The position numbers and the translations under genes are program-made. Shown piece after piece: positions 1 to 13,405 of a DNA stretch of 64,000 nucleotides (position 1 is its first letter; the number at the start of each line of letters is the position of its first letter). Origin of the DNA: Alphaproteobacteria bacterium (GTDB lineage: Bacteria; Pseudomonadota; Alphaproteobacteria; Rickettsiales; UBA3002); the NCBI GenBank assembly GCA_037200745.1, contig JBBCHK010000014.1, positions 23,735 through 87,734 of the forward strand, written 5' to 3'. The notes below the pieces were generated by a model. That model was not told the origin of the DNA, ran no database searches, and saw only the letters and a list, made by a program, of their open reading frames with translations.

Positions 1-297
1 CGCGCGGACCACCTTGCCGCCATACGCCTGGCCGATCGCCTGGTGGCCGAGGCAGACGCCGAGCAGCGGGATGCTTCCCTTCAGCGCGGCGATGAGCGGC
101 AAACAGATGCCGGCGTCGTCCGGTGTGCAGGGGCCGGGGGAGAGAACTATTCCCGAAGGTTTTTTTCCAAGAACGTCGTCCACGCGAAGCGCGTCGTTGC
201 GCACGACCTCGACCTGCGCCCCGAGCTCGTTGAAATAATGGACGAGGTTGTAGGTGAAGCTGTCGTAGTTATCGATGAGGAGGATGTTCGTGGCCAT
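1..297 (-). CDS. trpG: Anthranilate synthase component II (glutamine amidotransferase), runs off window start
   Basis: Manual translation from ATG 297: [22 protein letters not shown]...SPGPCTP...[10 protein letters not shown]; near trpE. Confidence 0.95.
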   Translation of the reverse strand, partial: MATNILLIDNYDSFTYNLVHYFNELGAQVEVVRNDALRVDDVLGKKPSGIVLSPGPCTPDDAGICLPLIAALKGSIPLLGVCLGHQAIGQAYGGKVVRA

Positions 298-339
298 GGC
301 GGCCACTTATCATGATTCGGCGGCGGTTTCCAAGTCCTC

Positions 340-447
340 CGTCGCCCGCGTGAAGGCAGGAACCTCTGCGGACCCTGAAGCAGGCGATCCGAAACTGGCC
401 GTGGCCACTCTCGCTTCGCTGCGGTCCCGCCTTCGCGCGGGGCGACG
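340..447. repeat. Degenerate CGTC-tagged palindromic element containing a GCGAAGC module
   Basis: Arms CGTCGCCCGCGTGAAGGCAGGAACC / GGTCCCGCCTTCGCGCGGGGCGACG are near reverse complements; ends 3 nt from the stop at 451. Confidence 0.75.
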
Positions 448-450
448 AAA

Positions 451-1161
451 TTACTCCCTGGCGGCGACCTGGACGTGCAGCGAGGGCACCAGCGCATCCG
501 GCGACTTGTCCGCGTCCTCCTCATCGGGCTTGGGCGCGGCCACTTTGACCGGCGTCGCCTTCACCTCCTGGATCTCGGGGCCGATGGCGCATTTCTTGCC
601 GAAGCTCGCCTGCGCGAGGCCCTTGAGATAGGCGCGGCGCAGCTTGCCGGCCTCGTAGGCCTGCTTCATCTCGTTCTCGTGCTTGTCGGCACCGGTGATC
701 TTGCGGATGACGCCGCGGAACGGCAGGAAGCTCAGCCGGCTTTTCACCAGCCCGACGATGCCGTCATGCAGCAGCCCGGCGCCGGTATGCTCCATCTGCT
801 GCTGGCGGGTGAGAATGATCTTCGGCGCATCGACGTCCGAGCCGAGCACGGTGTCGAGCTCGCCGACCTCGTCCTTGATGGTGGCGCAGGTCTTGGGCGA
901 AGGGTCGATGTAGGGATTGTCCTCGATCTGCACCAGCACCGCCGGAATGGGTTTCTGCCGCAGGCCGATGTCGTCGAGCGGCGAGGTGACGGCGGCGGCC
1001 GCGTCGTTGAACGTGTCGGACGCCGTCGACTGGGCAAGGCCGGGCTGGTCATTGGCGGCGGTGGTGGAGGAATGGCCGCCGCAGGCGCTGAGCAGCAGGA
1101 CCAGGGAGAGGGATAAACCTGCATTCCTTGCAAAACGGGCAGCCTGCCGAGGCGGGTACAT
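451..1161 (-). CDS. Hypothetical lipoprotein
   Basis: Lipobox LLLSAC, host-like codon usage, 236-aa ORF (start may be later). Confidence 0.8.
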   Translation of the reverse strand: MYPPRQAARFARNAGLSLSLVLLLSACGGHSSTTAANDQPGLAQSTASDTFNDAAAAVTSPLDDIGLRQKPIPAVLVQIEDNPYIDPSPKTCATIKDEVGELDTVLGSDVDAPKIILTRQQQMEHTGAGLLHDGIVGLVKSRLSFLPFRGVIRKITGADKHENEMKQAYEAGKLRRAYLKGLAQASFGKKCAIGPEIQEVKATPVKVAAPKPDEEDADKSPDALVPSLHVQVAARE

Positions 1162-1260
1162 ATCGTGTTAAGCCAATAATAGCAGAAAACCGCAGAAACC
1201 CTAGGAAAATCGATGGTGCGATGCGGCGAAAGCCGCAGGAATGCTGGAGTTTCTAAAATT

Positions 1261-1380
1261 CCCTCCACCTGAAAGGGGGAGGGCCAGGGTGGGGGTCTGC
1301 TGGGTTTACTGTCGCGCAGGCTTGCGCCTGTTGTCGCGCCGCGGACCCCCTCCTTGATCCTCCCCCTTTCAGGTGGAGGA
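1261..1380. repeat. CCCTC-type palindromic element B1
   Basis: CCTCCACCTGAAAGGGGGAGG...GGGGGTC / GACCCCC...CCTCCCCCTTTCAGGTGGAGG; same arms at 30777 and 33945. Confidence 0.92.
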
Positions 1381-1385
1381 AAAAA

Positions 1386-2885
1386 TCACGCGAACTTCAC
1401 CGCTTCTTCCGCCGCGCGGAGGATGGCTTTCGCCTTGTTCATGCTCTCTTCGTACTCGGCGTCGGGGTCGGAATCGGCGACGATGCCGCCGCCCGCCTGC
1501 GCGTAAAGCTTGCCGCCTTTCACCAGCGCGGTGCGCAGCGTGATGCAGGTGTCCATCGTGCCGTTGGCGGAGAAATAGCCCATGCAGCCGGCGTAGAAGC
1601 TGCGCTTCACCGGCTCGAGCTCGTCGATGATCGCCATGGCGCGGATCTTCGGCGCGCCGCTCACCGTGCCCGCCGGGAACCCGGCGACAAGCGCATCGAC
1701 CGCATCGAATTTCGGATCGATCTCGCCCTCGACGTTGGAAACGATATGCATCACGTGCGAGTAAAGCTCGACGATCATCTGCTCGGTGACCTTCACCTTG
1801 CCGCCCTTCGCCACGCGGCCGACATCGTTGCGGCCGAGATCGAGCAGCATCAAATGCTCGGCGAGCTCCTTGGGATCGGCGAGGAGCTCGGCGGCGAGCG
1901 CCGCGTCCTCGGCTTTATTTTTTCCGCGCCGCCGCGTGCCGGCGATGGGGCGCACGGTGACGGTGTCGTCGCGCAGCCGCACTAAAATCTCCGGGCTGGA
2001 GCCGACCAGCGTGAAATCGCCGAAATGAACATAGGTCAGGAACGGCGAGGGGTTCATGTGGCGCAAGCTGCGGTAAAGCGCGAAGGCGGGCAGGTCGAAA
2101 TCGGCGGTGAAGCGCTGGCTGAGCACGACCTGGAAAATATCGCCCGCCGCGATGTATTCCTTGGCGCGCGCGATGGCCTTGGCGTAGTCGGCGCGCGAGA
2201 TGTTCGAGGTGAATTCGCGCTTCGTGCCCGGCACGTCCTTATAATAATTGCGCTGGTCGAGCGGGCCTTCGAGCGCGCGCGCCAGCTTCTCGATGCGCGC
2301 GGCGGCTTCTTTGTAAACGGCGGAAGCGTCGCCGCCCGTCTCCCAGATCGGCGCGATGATGTAGACGACGCCGTCCACCCCGTCGAAAATAAGCTGTGCG
2401 CGCGGGCGCATGAAGCAGGCGTCGGGGATGTTCAGCGTGTCGGGCTTGGTGTCGGGCAGGCGCTCCATGAGCTTGACCATGTCGTAGCCCATGTAGCCGA
2501 CGATGCCCGCCGCCATCGGCGGCACGTTCTCCGGCAGCTCCATGCGATTGGCGACGAGGGCGCGCAGCGAGCCCATCGTGTCCTCCCATGTCGTCTCGAA
2601 ACTGTCGTTGGCGAAAGGCGGCGTGCGCGATATTTCCGGCCGGTTGCCGGCTGAGCGCCACATCATGTCCGGGTCGAAGCCGAGGATGGAATAGCGCCCG
2701 CGCGTCTCCCCGCCCTCGACCGATTCGAGCAGGAAGCAGGGGCCGCCGTCGGCGCCGAGCTTGAGCATCGCCGAGACGGGCGTCTCCAGGTCGCTCACCC
2801 GCTTCGCCCAGACGATCTGCGGCTTGCCCGCGTCGTAGGTCTTCGCGAATTCCTCCGGCGACGGATGGATGGCGAGCCTACTCAT
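1386..2885 (-). CDS. trpE: Anthranilate synthase component I
   Basis: LLESVEGGE.RGRYS, GDIFQVVLSQ, NPSPF, GSSPE, PIAGT, EHLMLLDLGRND, PAGTVSGAPK. Confidence 0.98.
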   Translation of the reverse strand: MSRLAIHPSPEEFAKTYDAGKPQIVWAKRVSDLETPVSAMLKLGADGGPCFLLESVEGGETRGRYSILGFDPDMMWRSAGNRPEISRTPPFANDSFETTWEDTMGSLRALVANRMELPENVPPMAAGIVGYMGYDMVKLMERLPDTKPDTLNIPDACFMRPRAQLIFDGVDGVVYIIAPIWETGGDASAVYKEAAARIEKLARALEGPLDQRNYYKDVPGTKREFTSNISRADYAKAIARAKEYIAAGDIFQVVLSQRFTADFDLPAFALYRSLRHMNPSPFLTYVHFGDFTLVGSSPEILVRLRDDTVTVRPIAGTRRRGKNKAEDAALAAELLADPKELAEHLMLLDLGRNDVGRVAKGGKVKVTEQMIVELYSHVMHIVSNVEGEIDPKFDAVDALVAGFPAGTVSGAPKIRAMAIIDELEPVKRSFYAGCMGYFSANGTMDTCITLRTALVKGGKLYAQAGGGIVADSDPDAEYEESMNKAKAILRAAEEAVKFA

Positions 2886-4453
2886 CCGCCGTGTCCTTGT
2901 GCGCGCTTTGCAGCAGCTGCTGGTTGACGTCGACCGGGTAGCGCTGCGCGAGCGCCTGGTAATAGGCCTCGACGACCTCGCCGTTCAGCGCCTGCAGGTA
3001 GCGCTTGCGCGCCTCGGGGCTGGCCTGCGCCTTCGCGTCGTGGTGGATGCCGGTGACGACGGCGAGCACCGCGTTGCCGTTGGGCAGCGCGAGCGGCCCG
3101 GCGACCTCGCCCGATGCGTGCTCGAACACCGCCTCGGCGAGCGGCGCGGGCAGGCCGGCCGGCGGCTTGCCGAGGCGCGCGATGCCGCTCACCCGCTGGG
3201 TGGTGAAGGCGCCTGGCGTTTTCAGGTCGCCGCTTTTCTTGTACTCGGCGATGAATGCGTTCGCCTTGTCCATCACCGCGCTTTGCCGTGCCTCGTCGCT
3301 GAGGCGGCGCGCGACGTCCGCCTTCACCGCGTCGAACGGCTTGGGCGCGCTCGGGGCGATCGACTTGTCGGCGACGACGAAATAGGTGCCGTCCTTCGCC
3401 ATCGCGAGGCCGGAAGCCTCGCCTTCGCCCAGCCCGAAGCCCTTGAGGATGACGGCGCTCGCGGTCGCGTCCTTGCCCTGCGCGTCGGCCTGCGCGACGT
3501 TGGGAAGCGTCTTCATCGTCACGGTGAGGCCGGCGGCCTTCAGCGCCTCGCCGAGCGATTTGCCGGCGGCCAGCGCGTCCTCGACCTGGTTGGAAAGCTC
3601 CTGCAATGTGGCGTCGCGCGTTTCGTCGCGCAGCTCGGCCGTCAGCTTCGGCTTCGCGGCGGCGAGGTCGCCTTTGCCGCCTTCCTGCGTGAAGCGATCC
3701 TGCAGCATGGTGTCGGTGATGTGCTTGTCGACCAGCGCCGTAAGCGCCGGGGCAGGGATGGTCGCGTATTCGAGCGTGCGCCGCTCCGGCTCGACATAGA
3801 GCTGGTCCTTCTGGCGGTCGTAATAATCCTTCAGCGCCTTGTCGTCGGGCGCTTTCGCGGTGACGGAGCTCGCGGGAACGGTGATGAGCACCGCGTCGCG
3901 CGTCTCGCCGGCGGCGAGCGCCTGCAGCGACGCCAGCGAGGCGGGCAGGGGCATGTCGGAGACGTCGAGGCTGGATTCCATCGTCTGCGCCGCGATGTCG
4001 CCGCGCAGGCGGGCGAGGAAGCCTTCCTCGCTCATCCCCTGCTGCTGCAGCAGCATCTGGAAGCGCGTGCGGTCGAAATGGCCGCTGGCGTTCTGCAGCG
4101 CCGGCGCCTTGCGCAGCTGCGCCGCCAGCAGCGGATCGCCGACGGAAAGCCCGATATCCTGCATGTTGAAATCGGTGAGGCGCTGCATGACCATCTGGCG
4201 CAGCAGCTGGCCTTCGAGCGCGCCGGTATCGACGTTGCCGAGTCCCATCGCCTGCATCTGCCGCCTGGTCATCAGCAGGGCGCGCTCGAATTCCGGCAAG
4301 CGCGATCTTCGAATGGCCGACGCTCGCGATGTAGCTGGCGTGGCTCGCCCGCACCATGTCGCCGACGCCCCAGATGGCGAAGGTGAGCACGAGGAACAGC
4401 AGCAGCGCCTTGGCAAGGAAACCGTGGGCGATCGAACGCATCGACCCGAGCAT
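2878..4453 (-). CDS. SurA N-terminal domain / PpiD-like chaperone (frameshift near 4290-4330)
   Basis: N-terminal membrane anchor MLGSMR...FAIWGVGD, SurA-like region (SGHFDRTRFQMLL, YVEPERRTLEY); typical position between tpiA and trpE. Confidence 0.85.
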
Positions 4454-4510
4454 GGGAACTCCATTGAAATTTGCGCCTGTGTACGCGGCGTGTAGATAAA
4501 AGTCAAAATA

Positions 4511-4690
4511 CGGTGGCGCCTGCCGGCGCGGGGGGCGAAGACGCCCCCGCTACCGGTTGACTCGCTATCGCTCGTCTCCCTCCGCTTCGCTCCGGGTCCC
4601 CTCGTTCGCTTCGCTCCGGCTCGCCTATCGGCTACGCAAGGCAGTGCGGATAATCGGAGAGAAGTAGTCGGTGACTCACCGAGTGCGGCG
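4511..4690. repeat. Composite intergenic palindrome cluster (GTAG-like hairpins plus GCGAAGC modules)
   Basis: Minus-strand GTAGCGGGGGCG-TCTT-CGCCCCC hairpin at about 4530-4553; two CGCTTCGCTCCG copies; GTAG-TCGGTG-act-CACCGA at 4664; 4555-4598 matches 28999-29039 in reverse. Confidence 0.65.
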
Positions 4691-4728
4691 AGGTTGACGC
4701 TCTCCTCCCGCGCTGGCATTACAAAGCC

Positions 4729-5449
4729 ATGGCGCACAGATGGCTGGTCGCGAACTGGAAAATGTACGGCACGCAAAGCGCCGCGCGCGACTATGCCTAC
4801 CGGCTCAACGACGCGCTGGCGCAGTTGCCGGCCTCGGTCGAGGCGGTGTTCTGCCCGCCGTTCCCGCTGATCGCCGCCGCGCGCGCCGGGCTGCCCGGTA
4901 ATGCCCGCCTCGCCCTCGGCGCGCAGGACTGCCACGAGGCGCGCGAGGGCAGCTTCACCGGCTCCGTTTCCGCGCCGATGCTGAAGGACGCCGGCTGCCG
5001 CTACGTCATCCTCGGCCATTCGGAGCGCCGCGCGCTGGGCGAGGGCGATGCGCTCATCGCCCGCAAGGCGGCCGCCGCCATCGAGGCGGGGCTGGTGCCG
5101 ATCCTCTGCATCGGCGAAAGCGAGGCGGATCACGCGGCGGGGCGCACCGCTTCGGTGCTCGCCGCCCAGCTCGCCGCGCTCGCTGAACTGCCGTCCAATG
5201 CGCTCCTTATCGCCCTACGAGCCGGTCTGGGCCATCGGCAGCGGGAAAACGCCGGAACCGGCCGAGATCGAGGCGGCGCACGCGCAGGTCAAAACTGTGC
5301 TTGGCAGCACCACGCCCGTCCTGTATGGAGGCTCCGTCAAACCGGAAAACGCGGGGGAAATCCTTGGCCTTACCGGGGTCGACGGGGCGCTCGTGGGCGG
5401 CGCCGGCCGGGATGTGGAAGGCATGGTCGCCATTCTGCGCGCCGCGTGA
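4729..5449 (+). CDS. tpiA: Triosephosphate isomerase (frameshift near 5215)
   Basis: ANWKM, GSFTG, ILGHSERR, CIGE, then YEPVWAIG, LYGGSVKPEN, DGALVGGA in the next frame. Confidence 0.97.
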
Positions 5450-5462
5450 AGAAAGGGACGAA

Positions 5463-5905
5463 ATGGAGCAGGTACTACTCATCGTGCAGGTGCTGATCGC
5501 GGTCTCGCTGATCGGGATCATCCTCATCCAGCGCTCGGACACGGACGGGTTCGGGCTCGGCTCGGGCTCCGGCTCCAACCTGCTCTCCGGCCGCGCCACC
5601 GCCAATTTGCTGACGCGCACCACCGCCATCCTCGCCACGCTGTTCATCCTCAATTCGCTGGCGCTGTCCATTTTCGCCGCGCGCGAGAGGCATCACTCCA
5701 TCGTCGAGCAGATCGAGCAGCAGGAGAATCGCAGCCGGCCGGCACCGCTCCGCTCAACCCGGCCGCACCTCCCTCCACCACGCTCGACCTGCGCAAGGAC
5801 GCGACTCCTGCCGCGCAGAAGGCCATCGCCAAAAAGACCGGCTCCGCACCGGCCGCGCCGAAGGCCGGGGAAGACGACGCGCCCGCCGTACCGCCGGCGC
5901 AATAA
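5463..5905 (+). CDS. secG: Preprotein translocase SecG with Pro/Ala-rich C-tail (indel in tail)
   Basis: MEQVLLIVQVLIAVSLIGIILIQRSD.DG.GLG...ANLLTRTTAILA; tpiA-secG-pyrG synteny. Confidence 0.93.
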
Positions 5906-5909
5906 GGGT

Positions 5910-6057
5910 GTCATCCTCGAAAAAATTCCAGGAGGAATTTTTATCGGGGATCCAGACCACACGGCCGCCAGGAGGCGGCCGTCGTCGAAAATGCCTCCTG
6001 GCATTTTCGACGTGGATTCCCCTATAATTTTGCCTGCTGGCAAAATCGGGGAATGAC
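5910..6057. repeat. GTC-tagged four-hairpin palindromic element
   Basis: GTC-AT...AT-CCA...TGG-AT...AT-GAC frame containing four stem-loops with loops AGGA, AGGA, TCCT, TGCT. Confidence 0.85.
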
Positions 6058-6090
6058 GATAAATAAATAAAAACGGGAGGGGAACGCACG

Positions 6091-7760
<1,670 letters not shown>

Positions 7761-7764
<4 letters not shown>

Positions 7765-8596
7765 CGAAAGCGAAACACGTCAAAGCCGGCAACGTCACCT
7801 TCGGCAACGACCTGCCGTTGGCGCTCATCGCCGGTCCGTGCCAGATGGAGTCGCGCGACCATGCAATGGACGTCGCGGGCAAGCTCGTCGAGATCGCCAA
7901 GGAGAAGAAGATCGGGCTCGTTTATAAGACGAGCTACGACAAGGCCAACCGCACCTCGATGAAGGGTAAGCGCGGGATGGGGCTTGAGGCTTCGCTCGCC
8001 GTGTTCGACGAGATTCGTAAAACGTACAAAATCCGACGCTCACCGACGTGCATGAGATTCCCCATTGCGCCATCGTCGCGCCGGTGGTGGACGTATTGCA
8101 AATCCCCGCCTTCCTCTGCCGCCAGACGGACCTGCTGATCGCCGCCGCCAAGACGGGCCGCGTGGTGAATGTCAAGAAAGGCCAGTTCCTGGCGCCGTGG
8201 GACATGAAGAACGTCGCGGCGAAGATCGCCGATTCGGGCAACGAGAACATCCTGCTCACCGAGCGCGGCGTTTCCTTCGGCTACAACACGCTGGTCAACG
8301 ACATGCGCGCGCTGCCGATCATGGCGGAGACCGGCTACCCCGTCATCATGGATGCGACGCATTCCGTGCAGCAGCCCGGCGGGCAGGGCACCAGCTCCGG
8401 CGGCGACCGCCGCATGGTGCCGACCGTCGCGCGCGCGGCGGTGGCCGTCGGCGTCGCCGGCGTGTTCATCGAGACGCACCCCGACCCCGACAACGCGCCC
8501 TCCGACGGGCCCAACATGGTGAAGCTCGCCGACCTGCCGGCGCTGCTCGACCAGCTGATCGCATTCGACACGCTCGCCAAGAAATTCGCCGCCTGA
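7761..8596 (+). CDS. kdsA: KDO8P synthase (frameshift near 8035)
   Basis: [55 protein letters not shown]. Confidence 0.97.
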
Positions 8597-8669
8597 GGGC
8601 CGCGCCGGGCAACTAGGCGTTGACAGCGTGCATCGAGATTGCCTTATATGGCGAAACACGGAGCGTCCC

Positions 8670-9041
8670 ATGACCTTTTCCCAATCGATCCAAACCTGCC
8701 TTCAGAAATACGCGACCTTCTCCGGCCGTGCGTCACGCTCGGAGCTGTGGTTCTTCAAGCTTCTCGGTTTCCTCTGCGGCATCTTCGCCAGCATCGCCGA
8801 CCATATCCTTGTCGGCAAAGGCATGGGGCCGGTCTATACCGTCGTCATGCTTGGCCTGTTCCTGCCCAGCCTCTCGGTCGAGGTGCGCCGCCTGCACGAC
8901 CTCGATAAAAGCGGCTGGTGGTGGTGGATCGTGCTGATCCCGATCGTCGGCATCATCGTCCTCATCGTCTGGTATTGCACCAAGGGCACCGGCGGCGACA
9001 ACCGCTTCGGTCCCGACCCGCTGGCGAATTCGCCGGCCTAG
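8670..9041 (+). CDS. DUF805-family inner membrane protein
   Basis: KYATFSGRASRSELW...VRRLHDLDKSGWW...GDNRFGPDP. Confidence 0.92.
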   Translation: MTFSQSIQTCLQKYATFSGRASRSELWFFKLLGFLCGIFASIADHILVGKGMGPVYTVVMLGLFLPSLSVEVRRLHDLDKSGWWWWIVLIPIVGIIVLIVWYCTKGTGGDNRFGPDPLANSPA

Positions 9042-9069
9042 GAAGGCGATATTTTCATTGAACGGCTGA

Positions 9070-10374
<1,305 letters not shown>

Positions 10375-10378
10375 AAGC

Positions 10379-10456
10379 CGTCATGCTCGGTTGCGCAACG
10401 CGCAATCCGGGCATCCATGGGTCCCCGGACGACGCGATGCGTCGCCGAGGATGACG
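10379..10456. repeat. CGTC-tagged element, subfamily D (78 bp)
   Basis: CGTCATGCTCGG...CCGGGCATCCATGG...GAGGATGACG; right ~50 nt match 60307-60384 except one base; 4 nt after the eno stop. Confidence 0.92.
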
Positions 10457-10729
10457 GTCTTGAAGTTTTCCCTGCAGTGGTTTTGCTGCACCACTCACAT
10501 GAGAGTGGCGGATTTGTTGGGGTCCATCACCGCTCGCTGAACGCTTGCCAAGTTTTTGAATGGCAGTCGGTTCAATAAAACCGCTTCCTGTGCGGAAATC
10601 ACTGTAAAATTTCGTCCTAACTTGCTATAACTCAAGCCTTAAACGCCGGGGCGACACCGGCTTTGACTTTGAACGTCCGGCCAAGCAACAATGAGAATAG
10701 ATAAAACTACAAAGGGTTATAACCCTGTG

Positions 10730-11071
10730 ATGGTGCGTGTGCAGAAACAGGCGATGACGCCGGCGCGTCTTGTGCGGCCGCTGGTGATCCTCTGCGCGAT
10801 GTTCTTTCTTTTCTACAACGCGATGCACGGCGATCGCGGGCTTTACGCCTGGTTCCGCGAGCGGCAGGAGCTTCGCCAGCTCAACGAGCAGCTGGCGCAG
10901 ACGAAAGAGCGGCGCGAGCATATCGAGCTCAAGGTCAGCCACCTGCGCGACGGCTCGCTCGACCTCGACCTCCTCGACGAGCAGATGCGCCGCATGCTCG
11001 GCGTCATGAAGAAAGGCGAAGTGGTCGTGCTGCCGGACGGCGGCAACACGGCCTTCACCTACCAGCACTGA
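10730..11071 (+). CDS. ftsB: Septum formation initiator (FtsB/DivIC family)
   Basis: One TM segment, HGDRGL, coiled coil, LDLDLLDEQMRRMLG..K.GE; follows eno. Confidence 0.88.
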   Translation: MVRVQKQAMTPARLVRPLVILCAMFFLFYNAMHGDRGLYAWFRERQELRQLNEQLAQTKERREHIELKVSHLRDGSLDLDLLDEQMRRMLGVMKKGEVVVLPDGGNTAFTYQH

Positions 11072-11174
11072 CCCGCTTTCCCCGATATTGCGCCGCACCA
11101 TAAGCGGGCGCGCATCCCCGCAAAAAACTTGCGCCGGGCGCCTCAGCCGGTAAAAGGGGCGGATTGTCGAAAAA

Positions 11175-12239
11175 GTGAGTGTTATGAACGCGACCGCCGC
11201 CGCCAATAAATCCGCCGCCAAAGCCGCTCCCGCCAAGCCGGGGGATGCGAAAACCGTGCCCGCGAAATCCGCGCCGCCGCTGCCGAAAGAGAAGCTGCTC
11301 AAGCTCTTCCGCGACATGCTGACGATCCGCCGCTTCGAGGAGAAGGCCGGCCAGCTTTACGGCATGGGGCTGATCGGCGGCTTCTGCCACCTCTATATCG
11401 GGCAGGAGGCGGTCGTCACCGGCCTGCAGGCGGCATCGAAAGAGGGCGACTGCGTCATCACCACCTACCGCGACCACGGCCACATGCTCGCCTGCGGCAT
11501 GGACCCGAAAGGCATCATGGCCGAGCTGACGGGGCGCATCGATGGCTTCAGCCACGGCAAGGGCGGCTCGATGCACATGTTCTCCACCGCGAAGAATTTC
11601 TACGGCGGGCACGGCATCGTCGGCGCTTCGGTGCCGCTCGGCACCGGCATCGCGTATGCGCTGAAATACAAGGGCACCGACAATCTCTGCATGTGCTATT
11701 TCGGCGACGGCGCCATCAACCAGGGGCAGGTCTACGAAAGCTTCAACATGGCGGCGCTGTGGCAGCTTCCCGTCATCTACGTCGTCGAGAACAACGAATA
11801 CGCGATGGGCACGAGCGTGAAACGCTCGCACGCATCGGTCGAGCTGTACCGGCGCGGCGAGGGCTTCGGCATCCCCGGCCGGCAGGTCAACGGCATGGAC
11901 GTGCTCGAAGTCTACAAGGCCGGTGTCGAGGCGGTCGCGCATGTGCGCGCGGGTAAGGGCCCGCTGCTGCTGGAGCTCAAGACCTACCGCTATCGCGGCC
12001 ACTCGATGTCCGACCCGGCGAAATACCGCTCGAAGGAAGAGGTCGAGGACTACAAGGAGCACCGCGACCCCATCACCAATTTCCGCGCGTGGATGCTGAA
12101 TGAAAAACTCACCGACGAAGCCGCGCTGAAAAAGATCGAGGACGAAGTGAAAGCCATCGTCAACGACGCCGCGGAATTCGCCAAGCAATCCCCCGAGCCG
12201 CCCGCGACCGAGCTCTGGACCGACGTGGTAAGGAATTAG
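11175..12239 (+). CDS. pdhA: Pyruvate dehydrogenase E1 alpha
   Basis: IRRFEEKAGQLYGMG.IGGFCHLYIGQE, GKGGSMH, FGDGA.NQGQ, TYRYRGHSMSDP. Confidence 0.99.
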   Translation: MSVMNATAAANKSAAKAAPAKPGDAKTVPAKSAPPLPKEKLLKLFRDMLTIRRFEEKAGQLYGMGLIGGFCHLYIGQEAVVTGLQAASKEGDCVITTYRDHGHMLACGMDPKGIMAELTGRIDGFSHGKGGSMHMFSTAKNFYGGHGIVGASVPLGTGIAYALKYKGTDNLCMCYFGDGAINQGQVYESFNMAALWQLPVIYVVENNEYAMGTSVKRSHASVELYRRGEGFGIPGRQVNGMDVLEVYKAGVEAVAHVRAGKGPLLLELKTYRYRGHSMSDPAKYRSKEEVEDYKEHRDPITNFRAWMLNEKLTDEAALKKIEDEVKAIVNDAAEFAKQSPEPPATELWTDVVRN

Positions 12240-12248
12240 GAGAACCGT

Positions 12249-12893
12249 ATGGCCAATCCGCTCGACGAATTCATCAAGGACGCGTGCCGCGCAGGCAAGA
12301 CCCATGCCGATATCGTTAGCGTGCTGAAGGAAGCGGGCTGGCCGGCGAATCAGGTGAAGGAAGCGCTGAAATCGTTCTACGACCGGCCGTTCCCGGTGGC
12401 GATCCCGTTGCCGCAGTTGTATGTATCGCCGCGTTTCTCGGCGCTGAACCTGTTCTTCTTCATTATGCTTTATTTCTCCGTGTGGTCGGGCATCTCGATC
12501 GCGTTCACCTTCCTCGACTACTACCTGCCTGACGGGTTGGGGCGCATGAAGGGCCTCTACTACTCCACGGAGCCGATCGCCGATGAATTGCGGACGTACC
12601 TTGCGGCGGCGGTGGTCTGCGCGCCGATGGCCTATTTCAGCAACCGGCTGATCCGGCGCATCACGCTGGAGGGGCGCCGCGCCGTACCGGTCATCCGCCT
12701 GCGCCTGATCTATCTGACGCTGTTGGTCGCTGCGTTGATGGTCGTCGGCAATTTCGGTTTCTTCGTCTACTATCTCCTGAGCGGGGAGCTGGGGCTGCGC
12801 TTCGTCATCAAGGTCGCGATGCTGGCCGCGGTCAGCTGGGGGGTCTACGCCTACTACTCCCCGGAGATCCGCCGGAACGAGGAAAAAGGATAG
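12249..12893 (+). CDS. Hypothetical membrane protein (DUF5671-like)
   Basis: Soluble N-terminus (LDEFIKDA...LKEAGWP...FPVAIP) followed by about four TM helices. Confidence 0.7.
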   Translation: MANPLDEFIKDACRAGKTHADIVSVLKEAGWPANQVKEALKSFYDRPFPVAIPLPQLYVSPRFSALNLFFFIMLYFSVWSGISIAFTFLDYYLPDGLGRMKGLYYSTEPIADELRTYLAAAVVCAPMAYFSNRLIRRITLEGRRAVPVIRLRLIYLTLLVAALMVVGNFGFFVYYLLSGELGLRFVIKVAMLAAVSWGVYAYYSPEIRRNEEKG

Positions 12894-12895
12894 GC

Positions 12896-13405
12896 ATGCA
12901 AAAACTGGTATTCAGCATCGGCCTTGCGCTGTTCGTCGGATTGATCGCTTTTGCGCTCTACACCGCCGGAACGCCCGCCCACGTGCGCCGGCTCAAGCAG
13001 GACTACAACAAGCTGGAATATCTTTCCTGCCTCACCTGCCAGGCGCAGCAGTACGGCCGCGAGCACGGGAAGCTCCCGGAGGACAAGGCGGAGCTGGCGG
13101 CTTACGTCAAGACCCAATCCCAATCTCATGGCTGGTGCAGCAATGGAGAATTCCATTGCGATTCCGGTATCCGGGATTTGATCGGTCAGGGCACTGCCAC
13201 CGAAAAAGCCATGGTCTACGACTACCGGAAAGATGACAAGGGCGGCCAGTTGTGCACCGAATTCGCCGAGGACTATGCAGCGCAGAAAAAACAGGAATTC
13301 TCGAACCGTATCCCGACGGCGTTCGAAAATTATGCGGCTGGCAGGCAATGTTTCCCCGTCACCCTTCTTCCATGCCCCGAAAGAGATCATCCATGCCGCA
13401 AATGA
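12896..13405 (+). CDS. Hypothetical membrane-anchored Cys-rich exported protein
   Basis: N-terminal hydrophobic helix, [12 protein letters not shown], 8 Cys; translationally coupled to its neighbours. Confidence 0.7.
   Translation: MQKLVFSIGLALFVGLIAFALYTAGTPAHVRRLKQDYNKLEYLSCLTCQAQQYGREHGKLPEDKAELAAYVKTQSQSHGWCSNGEFHCDSGIRDLIGQGTATEKAMVYDYRKDDKGGQLCTEFAEDYAAQKKQEFSNRIPTAFENYAAGRQCFPVTLLPCPERDHPCRK

Noticed and set aside
5913-5982. AGGA-loop hairpins as a CsrA/Rsm-titrating sRNA
   Set aside because: Only two such loops occur per strand, they are mirrored on the opposite strand and they are enclosed by repeat ends. A symmetric DNA element explains this better.
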